From a virus (Duplodnaviria; Caudoviricetes), in IMG/VR virus record IMGVR_UViG_3300028920_000023: DNA of 64,000 bases. The stretch is one strand, 5' to 3'. The translations under genes were made by a program, and so were the position numbers. The notes under the pieces were generated by a model. That model was not told the DNA's origin and made no database searches. It worked only from the letters and a program-made list of their open reading frames with translations. The first letter of the stretch is position 1. Each line of letters opens with the position of its first letter. Of this stretch, positions 30,478 through 38,343 are shown in pieces.

Positions 30478-31260
30478 TCATATATTTGATATAACCCCAA
30501 TACCCTGACATTTCGGACACTTCGTATTCTCCCCCCTGACTTTCCTAATACTAGTTCCTTTGCACAATGGGCAGACACGCATACCATAATTCTGCATCTT
30601 ATGGCTAGAGCCCTCACTTGCCATATTCATGGCCTGTTGTCTTTGTTTAATCAGGGAGTCATCAGTCTCTACAATAATTATATCAGTCTTACCACCGGCA
30701 TTATCCCTAATATGAGAAGGAATCTCAATCTGTCTACCGGACTTACTACTGTACCTCCCAGTCTTAGTAACCTGAGCCCTTATCTTCTTAATACTAGCAT
30801 CTGTATTATGCTTAAGTTCTTCACTAACAATAGAATCTGGATCAATACTCTCACCGGCATCAATCTTTACACCATCAACAACACCACTAATAGACTTAGC
30901 TTTCATAACCTTTTTCGGTGATGACTTAATAACCTTGCTCCTGCGTTTTGGCACGTCCTCTTGTTCTGGTTCTGGTTCCGGCTCCGGATCTGGTATCTCC
31001 TCCGTCTTGGTAGATTCTACAACCGTAATAACCCCACCCTGGGACACGGACATACCCGCATTCCTCAGAACAATTAAAGCCTTTTCAACCTCCTCCAATT
31101 TTTTCTCTATTAACTCACGAACATTTTTTGGCGAAGTTTCTTCGTGGTCATCACATAACGCCACCGGATAAATATTTCCAGAATGTTTTAATTGGATAAC
31201 AGTGTTTAGTTTGGATGAATCACTACACCCACATACGATACAACACTTGTCGAATTTCAT
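30478..31260 (-). CDS. Hypothetical protein with N-terminal Cys/His cluster and C-terminal DnaJ-like Zn finger
   Basis: CIVCGC...CDDH; CPLCKGT...CPKCQGIG; PEPEPEPE linker. Confidence 0.7.
   Translation of the reverse strand: MKFDKCCIVCGCSDSSKLNTVIQLKHSGNIYPVALCDDHEETSPKNVRELIEKKLEEVEKALIVLRNAGMSVSQGGVITVVESTKTEEIPDPEPEPEPEQEDVPKRRSKVIKSSPKKVMKAKSISGVVDGVKIDAGESIDPDSIVSEELKHNTDASIKKIRAQVTKTGRYSSKSGRQIEIPSHIRDNAGGKTDIIIVETDDSLIKQRQQAMNMASEGSSHKMQNYGMRVCPLCKGTSIRKVRGENTKCPKCQGIGVISNI
30481..30488 (-). promoter_or_regulatory. Putative phage (late?) promoter motif CAAATATA
   Basis: Same 8-mer lies 5-26 nt upstream of four minus-strand starts. Confidence 0.45.
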
Positions 31261-31290
31261 GAATCGATCCTCCTAAGGTTAGGTACTCTC

Positions 31291-31674
31291 ATGAAAAAGA
31301 AAATGCAGATAATCACGCTAGACCTCGGCCTAACCGATACAAGTATCCCCGACAAAGACGAAAAAACAACAAAAAACATCGACGAAGCAATAAAGGAAGC
31401 CAAAACACAAAAAGAACTAATAGAAAAAGGAAAAAAGAAACGAGCAGAAGTACACATAGACAAAGCATTCCAACTACTCATGGAGGCCACCAACGAAGGA
31501 CTAGAAGTACCCACAGAGGATCTGATGGAAATAAGTAAAGCCAAAACATCATCAAGCCTAATATTAAGATTAAAAAACAAAATAAAACAAGAAGGAGCAC
31601 ATTGGGAAATAAAGAAAAGAAAATCAAAAGGAATCACATATTACTCACTTAAACCTTCCACTATAACCGAGTAA
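31291..31674 (+). CDS. Hypothetical protein, possible winged-helix C-terminus
   Basis: 127 aa, Lys-rich, ending KGITYYSL. Confidence 0.6.
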   Translation: MKKKMQIITLDLGLTDTSIPDKDEKTTKNIDEAIKEAKTQKELIEKGKKKRAEVHIDKAFQLLMEATNEGLEVPTEDLMEISKAKTSSSLILRLKNKIKQEGAHWEIKKRKSKGITYYSLKPSTITE

Positions 31675-32565
31675 CCTCTTAATACAAGAAGAAATATTCC
31701 TAAAATCATCCCACTCAGCATTGCTACCAACACAGAAAATATTATAAGAATCCAATAACGAAGAATCCGGAGGATCTCCCAAAGGAAAACACTCCTTAAT
31801 CCTCCTAGCCTCCATAAGATCAAAATTATACCCAATAAACTGACCAAAATAAGACAAAGGATTATCTAAAGGCTCGAAAGTACAAAAAATATAATCATTC
31901 GCAGAAATCTTATAAACCTTATAAAAAGCAATATTAGAATCACAAACCAAACTAGTCTCAGCACCCTCCAAATCAACCTTATCAGACCTAATCCAATAAA
32001 AACAAGTATCCTTAGACCTCAAATCACAAGACAAATTACAATAATCATATAAAGCATTCAAAGGAATAGTCGATACAATATTGTCAAAAGACAAAACCTG
32101 ATTCTCACAAGAAACAGTCTTATCCGACAACCTAATACTAACCACCTTACCCTGAGAAGCAACCCGACTATTAATCTCATCAATATAAATCCTAGACAAA
32201 CTACGATTCAATTCAAGACAAGTAATAGAATACACAGTCAGATTTGTCTTCAACAACTTATCAGCAACACTCGGAATAGCATCACCATAAACCTTACTCA
32301 AATACGAATCAACAGTTAAAGGAACCTCCTGATACATCAACTGGCCAGTATGAGAAAAAGGCCTCTTATAAAACAAAATAGGTCTATCTTTGTTAAACTC
32401 CTCTATAAAATCATCAACATCACTATCAATAGTAATATAATTATCAGAAAAGGGGATATCGTGACTATAATATCTAGACCTACCAAAAGGAACCAAAACC
32501 CACTCCGGCCCCAAAATATGCCTAGCAACCAAACCAACAACACCACTACCAAGAATCAAGTTCAT
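31645..32565 (-). CDS. FAD/NAD-binding oxidoreductase-like protein
   Basis: N-terminal ILGSGVVG; FDNIVSTIPL; CVGSNAEW (resembles GRxaxW). Confidence 0.6.
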   Translation of the reverse strand: MNLILGSGVVGLVARHILGPEWVLVPFGRSRYYSHDIPFSDNYITIDSDVDDFIEEFNKDRPILFYKRPFSHTGQLMYQEVPLTVDSYLSKVYGDAIPSVADKLLKTNLTVYSITCLELNRSLSRIYIDEINSRVASQGKVVSIRLSDKTVSCENQVLSFDNIVSTIPLNALYDYCNLSCDLRSKDTCFYWIRSDKVDLEGAETSLVCDSNIAFYKVYKISANDYIFCTFEPLDNPLSYFGQFIGYNFDLMEARRIKECFPLGDPPDSSLLDSYNIFCVGSNAEWDDFRNISSCIKRLLGYSGRFK

Positions 32566-32921
32566 AATTGATCCGGTTTAAAAACACCAATAGAAATAGG
32601 ATCACAAAAAGGATACTCAGTAGGTTCAGAAACAGCCCTGACCTCATCAACCACCTGACCCTCTTTAGCAACAACAACCTTATCTTTCTTAGGAATCTTC
32701 GGCGGTACAGAACCACAATCAGAACACCCAACCAAATACCTATCATCCCTCTTATCGACATCCGTCAACCTAAACTGAACCATACCACCACATGCAGGAC
32801 ACGTCGTCTCATAAGAAATAACACTAACAGGATTCTGATCAGCATCCATTTCGAATTCTATGGGTCGAGCATCTAGGTCATGTTTGTTTATAGTGACCTG
32901 TATTCTATCGAAGACATTCAT
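32562..32921 (-). CDS. Hypothetical Zn-ribbon protein
   Basis: CPACG...CSDCG. Confidence 0.65.
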   Translation of the reverse strand: MNVFDRIQVTINKHDLDARPIEFEMDADQNPVSVISYETTCPACGGMVQFRLTDVDKRDDRYLVGCSDCGSVPPKIPKKDKVVVAKEGQVVDEVRAVSEPTEYPFCDPISIGVFKPDQL

Positions 32922-33193
32922 GTGCTAGTGGTCCAATCTGATTTTTCTTTTTCCCGTTTCCGAATATTTACCAACACACGCTCCTTAATCTCATTATAAC
33001 ACAATGTGCAGATATCAAGATTAATCAATCTCTCATCAACAGATTTAGGCCCAGACCTCTGAACAACACAATCCACCTCAACCATATCAAAATTCACACT
33101 CAAATACTCAAATTTCTTAGTCAAAATCTTATTGCATAAATCACACCTAATACCAACAGCCTTCTTAGTCTTAGGATCACAATAAGCTACCAT
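32918..33193 (-). CDS. Hypothetical Zn-binding protein
   Basis: CDLC...DICTLC. Confidence 0.65.
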   Translation of the reverse strand: MVAYCDPKTKKAVGIRCDLCNKILTKKFEYLSVNFDMVEVDCVVQRSGPKSVDERLINLDICTLCYNEIKERVLVNIRKREKEKSDWTTST

Positions 33194-35736
33194 AACGGAT
33201 AATCCTCATCTCTAACCCTCTGTAAATCATCAGGACTCAAAGGCTCCTCCTCATCCTCAATATCAGCCCTCATAAGACGAATAATATCAGTATTATTACT
33301 GAACCTAAAACTCTTCCTAGGTACATTATAAATAATACCATCTATGTAAATCCCATTATCAACCTTCATAAGACCCTTATTCGCAGAAAAAATATCAGCC
33401 CAACAAACAATATCAGCAGTCTGCACACCATCCGTGACTCTAAGAGCATAATATGGATTGCCCTTCTTAGATTTTCTAGGCTCAACCTTCTCAATAACAA
33501 CCTCAAGCTTCTGAATAATCTCATCACTCTCCTGCTTGGCATTATCAATACACTTCTGTATCGTATAGCCCGTAGTACGGTACAAATCCAAAGGAGAATG
33601 CCAATAATAACCCAAATACTCCTTCTCAATATCCAACTGTTCGCGCAAATCAAAATCCTCGACACGAGCACTAATATCCTCATAAGAAGGATCTATCTTC
33701 GGAGTAAAAAACTCAACCTTCTTAGGCAACTTCTTCCGCTTCGGATACCACTCCTTATACTCAGCAATCTTCTTATCACGAATCTCCTGCAACTTATCAT
33801 CACTAAGCTTAAACCAAGAAGCAATTTCTTCACGCAACTCCTTGGTATTCTTATCCTTAGAATACTTCCAAACATAATAATACCACAAAGCCTTCTTATT
33901 AGCATACAACTTATCAAAAGCACCTAACTTAATAAGACGCTCAAAAACCGTTTTCTTCTTACCGCACTTCTCTATAACCTCCTCCAAACTAGTAAAGGAA
34001 GTACCGTAGGCCTTGGTAAAAGGCTCGGCAACAGAAGCACCAATACCCTTAATAGACTGAATACCAATAGTGACCTCATCACCATGAACAGTAAAATAGT
34101 CAGTCAACCTACAAACATCTAAAACACCAAACTTCACCTCATCCTTCTTAGCGGCACTCATATACAATGGTAACTTCTCTTGGTGGCATGCAGTCATAGC
34201 AGCAGCCCACCACTCAGCTGGATAATTCGCCTTAAGATACAAGCACATGTATGTTATAAGCGAGTACGCAACGCTATGGGATTTATTGAAGGCGTACCTG
34301 CCGAATGACTGCATACTTAGCCAATAATTATTTGTAGCTTCTTCACCAATTTCACTTATAGCACCTTCCTTCCACCTCTTTTCTACGTCTGGGAGCTTAT
34401 CTTCCCACTTCTTAGCAATAACCTTCCTAGCAAACTCAGCCTCAGGAACAGTAAAACCAGCCAAAGACTGCCACAAAGCCTGTAGTTGCTCCTGGTAACA
34501 AATAATCCCATAAGTATCCTCAAGAATCTTTACAATACGCTTATCCTGCCCAACCTGCCACCCATCGGGATCCTCATCGCGCCTCCTAATGTACTCTGGA
34601 ATTGTGTCAATAGGACCCGGACGCCCCAAGGCATTATAAATAACAAGATCATTAAAATCCTTCACAGAACCATCAGAAATAATGCCCTTCTGAATATCAG
34701 TCTCAACCTGAAAAACAGACTCAGTCTTAAGAGCATTACACATAGCAAGCGCCTTCTCATCCTTCAAAGAAATGCGCCTCTCAGAACCATCCAGATGGAC
34801 CTCGACACCAGCCTTATCAATCGTCGGATCAGGGTCAGACCAATCAATAACAATATTACGATTATTCTTAATATGCTCACCAGCCAACCACACATAACCC
34901 ATCGTCTTCAAGCCAAGAATATCGAACTTAACAAAACCCAACTTAGATAACTGAGTACTCCTACCCTCAGTCCACTGACTAGTCCAAGACTTATTATCAC
35001 CCCTACCCATATACGACAACGGAACAATATTCTCAATAGGCCTATCAGCAATAATCAACCCACCAGCATGAGTACCCTGAGTCTTAATCTTACCAACAAG
35101 ACGAAAAGCATAATCAACAATCTTCCTAGTAGTATCATCCCTCTCCCAATACTCATAAAAAGGTTTATACCTAGACAATTCCTTATGCGCTTCAGCCCTA
35201 ACCTCAGAAGGCAAAGACTTATCCTCAGCCTGCACCTTATACCTCTCAAGATCCTCCAAAGTCAAAGCATCAAACTCATCCGGAATCAATTTACTAAACT
35301 TAATAACCTCCCTAAAATCCTCACCCATAGCCCTAGAAACATCCTGCAAAGCACTCTTCGGCTTATACGTAACCCAACTACCAACACTACAAACATTCTT
35401 ATACTTATCATAAGCATACCTCTTAATATAATCCCTAGCATGAGGCAAAAAATCAATATCAATATCCGGAAAATCCGTCTGATATACCCATTTGTGCTCT
35501 ATAGACTCAGACAAAGGATCAACAGGCGTCATACCCAATAACCAAGGAAGAACCAACCCATTCTTATTATCATCCCACCTCTTCTTATTGACATAATAAT
35601 CCACCCAGCGCATAATAACGCCCTGCTTCTCAATCTCATAAAGCTCATCATCTAATCTATCATGATATTCTTCTGGGAGGTTTCTCTTCTTTAATTCTTG
35701 CAGGGCTTCCTTCTTAACATCTTCCCAGCTAGCCAT
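33187..35736 (-). CDS. dnaE: DNA polymerase III alpha, C-terminal part (catalytic palm, fingers, HhH, OB)
   Basis: PDIDIDF, GTHAGGLII, KFDILGLKT, ALGRPGP, ICYQEQ, YAFNKSHSVAYS, LKANYP, IKGIG, OB fold; no PHP domain. Confidence 0.93.
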   Translation of the reverse strand: MASWEDVKKEALQELKKRNLPEEYHDRLDDELYEIEKQGVIMRWVDYYVNKKRWDDNKNGLVLPWLLGMTPVDPLSESIEHKWVYQTDFPDIDIDFLPHARDYIKRYAYDKYKNVCSVGSWVTYKPKSALQDVSRAMGEDFREVIKFSKLIPDEFDALTLEDLERYKVQAEDKSLPSEVRAEAHKELSRYKPFYEYWERDDTTRKIVDYAFRLVGKIKTQGTHAGGLIIADRPIENIVPLSYMGRGDNKSWTSQWTEGRSTQLSKLGFVKFDILGLKTMGYVWLAGEHIKNNRNIVIDWSDPDPTIDKAGVEVHLDGSERRISLKDEKALAMCNALKTESVFQVETDIQKGIISDGSVKDFNDLVIYNALGRPGPIDTIPEYIRRRDEDPDGWQVGQDKRIVKILEDTYGIICYQEQLQALWQSLAGFTVPEAEFARKVIAKKWEDKLPDVEKRWKEGAISEIGEEATNNYWLSMQSFGRYAFNKSHSVAYSLITYMCLYLKANYPAEWWAAAMTACHQEKLPLYMSAAKKDEVKFGVLDVCRLTDYFTVHGDEVTIGIQSIKGIGASVAEPFTKAYGTSFTSLEEVIEKCGKKKTVFERLIKLGAFDKLYANKKALWYYYVWKYSKDKNTKELREEIASWFKLSDDKLQEIRDKKIAEYKEWYPKRKKLPKKVEFFTPKIDPSYEDISARVEDFDLREQLDIEKEYLGYYWHSPLDLYRTTGYTIQKCIDNAKQESDEIIQKLEVVIEKVEPRKSKKGNPYYALRVTDGVQTADIVCWADIFSANKGLMKVDNGIYIDGIIYNVPRKSFRFSNNTDIIRLMRADIEDEEEPLSPDDLQRVRDEDYPLW

Positions 35737-36142
35737 TATATTGTGGTTCCTTAGTCTTAGCAGTTACAGCAGTCATATCCGATAATTGCTTTATCACAGG
35801 ATCATCCTGTACGAAATTTACAGAACACTTCTCATAACTAAGAAATAACTTACGAATCCTCTCAACAACCTCAGTATTCTTAATAGCTTTCCTCTTCCAA
35901 TCACCACCTTCTCTAGCCAACATCATAGGCACGTACTTCCCACCAACATTAACCGTAGACTGCTTACGATGTTTAGGCAACACACTAGAAAGAGCCAACT
36001 CCACAGCCTTCAACTCAGCCTGATTATTAGTCATTTTAGGAACAGGAACAGACCTAGTCAGATTGTGCTTTTCATGATTAAGACGAATCGTAATCGCAGC
36101 ACCTCTCTTACCATAATTCCGACCATGAACCCACATAATCAT
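35729..36142 (-). CDS. RNase H-fold protein, probably catalytically inactive
   Basis: TNNQAELKAV retained; the usual DG Asp appears as HG and the TDS Asp as GG. Confidence 0.65.
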   Translation of the reverse strand: MIMWVHGRNYGKRGAAITIRLNHEKHNLTRSVPVPKMTNNQAELKAVELALSSVLPKHRKQSTVNVGGKYVPMMLAREGGDWKRKAIKNTEVVERIRKLFLSYEKCSVNFVQDDPVIKQLSDMTAVTAKTKEPQYNG

Positions 36143-36507
36143 ATCTTTGGAACCTCCACACCATGTCTCTTCAACTCATCAACCTTCATGTTACAAAACT
36201 CTACCAAAAGAGTTTTAGTCTCTAACGGATGAAGCTTATAATTATTTACAATGCGCTCAAGATTATCATATCGAGTATCATTTGCAAACATCCTCAACCT
36301 CTCGGTCAAGGCCTCAGCAATATAAACCAAAGGTAAACAAATAATATGTGAAATATCTTCTCTGAATTTTTCATCATCCTCAGCAAGAACAGAATCTATA
36401 ACATCCGGCCACTTATCTGTAATCTTAGAAATATCTAGGGGACCAGCATACATACGTATTGCATATAAGCTTTTCTTAGCTTCTGAAACAAGCTTGTTCT
36501 TATCCAT
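36139..36507 (-). CDS. Hypothetical protein
   Basis: 122 aa, coupled to neighbours. Confidence 0.65.
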   Translation of the reverse strand: MDKNKLVSEAKKSLYAIRMYAGPLDISKITDKWPDVIDSVLAEDDEKFREDISHIICLPLVYIAEALTERLRMFANDTRYDNLERIVNNYKLHPLETKTLLVEFCNMKVDELKRHGVEVPKI

Positions 36508-36509
36508 AA

Positions 36510-38000
36510 TTAATCCATAGAAACATTCAACATATAACCACCACGACTAGGGCTCAGGAACCTATTGAAAGACAAACCCTTCCATTTCAAAGGATCCAAA
36601 CTGTGAATGCCCAACAAGTAACACACCAAACTACCACCAGCAGAACCACGAGCAGGACCAACCGGCCAATTATGATGATCCGTAGAACGTCTAACCAAAT
36701 CCTGAGTAATTAAGAAATAAGAAGCAAAACCCTTCTCACAAAACCTCTTCAATTCAATCTCAACCTGCTCCCTATACGTCACCTCCCTGCCATCCATAGG
36801 ATACTTCTTATCACACTTATCCAAACCACGCTTCTTAAGCTCCCCATAAACAGAAGAGACTAATTTATATTCAGCCTCCTCAGGCGTACCTATCGTAGGC
36901 AACTTAGGATCTAAACTCGGCTTAAAAGTCTCACACTTTTCAGCAACCTCCAAAGTATTATCACAAGAACTCTCAAATAAACTCCTATCAACAAAATCAG
37001 AATATAAACCCCTACTAAAAGTAGCCCTCAACTCTGCCCTAGTCTTAAGATACTGCTCACTAGAATTCACATGAAATAACCCAGGATCATCATAAGTCAT
37101 GTCCTGATCTATAGCCATCATCAACTTCTGAAGCATAAAATCACGACGATCCAAATAGTGGCTATCGTTTGATAGTACTGTTTTAATACCCATATTATCC
37201 GCAAGAGATGCCAACAATGCAAAAATCTCGGAATCATGCCTTTCCTCATTAAACATAATCCCAGGCATCTGAAGCTCTATATAATAATCATCACCAAACA
37301 CCTCTCTAAATTTCTTAATATAATCTACAGCACCAGTTGTAAATTTTTTAGAATCTAAATTACCTCTTACTAATTCATGACTTACCGGACCATTCAAACA
37401 CCCAGACAATATAATCAGCCCCTCACAATGCTTAGCCAACACATCAAACCACACCCTCGGCTTATAGTAGAAACCATTCAGATAAGCATGACGATTTATT
37501 TTCAAAAGATTCTCATACCCAGTCATATTCTTGCAGATGACTGTCAGATGTCTGTTTCTTCTGAAACGCATCTGTAAATCGGGATCTTCCTCACCGATAT
37601 CTTTCATGGTAGCCCCCTGCGATATTAGTTGTTTCCTAAGGGGCTCGTAATCATTATAATAAATCTCACATCCTGAAAGGTATTTTATATTATGTTGTTT
37701 GGATGCGAAATAAGCATCTGGGACGCTGTTTAGTGTTCCGTGCTCTGTTATGGCTATTGCCGGCCATTTGTTATCTTCGCATTTTTGGAAGTAGTCTTCT
37801 GGGGATGCAACCCCGTCTAGGATGCTGAATAGGGTATGGTTATGGAGGTGGACCATTTCTGTTGGTCCAGGATATAGTTTCTCTGCTTCTTCTGCTGATA
37901 ATTCTTGTTCTAGTTCTTGTTCTCGTACTCTAATTTCAGCTTGCGGGGGTTTCTGTTCCGCTTGGGGTTTCTGTTCCGCTTGTGTCTGCGTCTGTTCCAT
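36510..38000 (-). CDS. dnaE: DNA polymerase III alpha, N-terminal part (PHP domain plus RGS motif)
   Basis: HLHNHT.FSILDG, AITEHG, GCEIY, HLTV, YYKPR, SGCL.G, NDSHY, GPARGSAGGSLVCYLLGI..LDP, LSFNRFL; stops just before where PDIDID would lie. Confidence 0.92.
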   Translation of the reverse strand: MEQTQTQAEQKPQAEQKPPQAEIRVREQELEQELSAEEAEKLYPGPTEMVHLHNHTLFSILDGVASPEDYFQKCEDNKWPAIAITEHGTLNSVPDAYFASKQHNIKYLSGCEIYYNDYEPLRKQLISQGATMKDIGEEDPDLQMRFRRNRHLTVICKNMTGYENLLKINRHAYLNGFYYKPRVWFDVLAKHCEGLIILSGCLNGPVSHELVRGNLDSKKFTTGAVDYIKKFREVFGDDYYIELQMPGIMFNEERHDSEIFALLASLADNMGIKTVLSNDSHYLDRRDFMLQKLMMAIDQDMTYDDPGLFHVNSSEQYLKTRAELRATFSRGLYSDFVDRSLFESSCDNTLEVAEKCETFKPSLDPKLPTIGTPEEAEYKLVSSVYGELKKRGLDKCDKKYPMDGREVTYREQVEIELKRFCEKGFASYFLITQDLVRRSTDHHNWPVGPARGSAGGSLVCYLLGIHSLDPLKWKGLSFNRFLSPSRGGYMLNVSMD

Positions 38001-38343
38001 TCGTGTCCGCCTTTTCTGTCTTCATCGTCTCTAATATCATCCGACGCAGAGGCGTAATCATCTTCCTGACCTCATTAAGGCCATTCCTAGCCCTTCGGCC
38101 TGCGGATTTATTATTACCATCAATAGATTTCTGGGCATTTGAGGCAATATCTTGTGCCACGTCAATAAGCTTCTGGAGCTCAGGATCATATTCCTCAGTG
38201 ACCTGTACCACATCCGTATCGACTTCCGCTGGTTTTCCTTCTGACATAGCTTTCTGAGCCTCCACGCAACCTTTGAGATGAAGATTAAACCCAGCGGAAC
38301 TCGTACAGAGTTTACCGCATACGCATTGATGGAATTTGTTCAT
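37936..38343 (-). CDS. Zn-finger plus histone H1-like (Hc1-like) protein
   Basis: CVCGKLC....FNLHLKGC; GNNKSAGRRARNGLNEVRKMITPLRR resembles the Hc1 family GNKAAGTRARK motif. Confidence 0.55.
   Translation of the reverse strand: MNKFHQCVCGKLCTSSAGFNLHLKGCVEAQKAMSEGKPAEVDTDVVQVTEEYDPELQKLIDVAQDIASNAQKSIDGNNKSAGRRARNGLNEVRKMITPLRRMILETMKTEKADTNGTDADTSGTETPSGTETPAS

Noticed and set aside
33187-38000. Split-intein (trans-splicing) DnaE, or a frameshift artefact
   Set aside because: There is no Cys/Ser-initiated intein N-part at the end of DnaE-N and no HN/GN C-part at the start of DnaE-C. Two intact genes separate the halves and the overlap segment is diverged.
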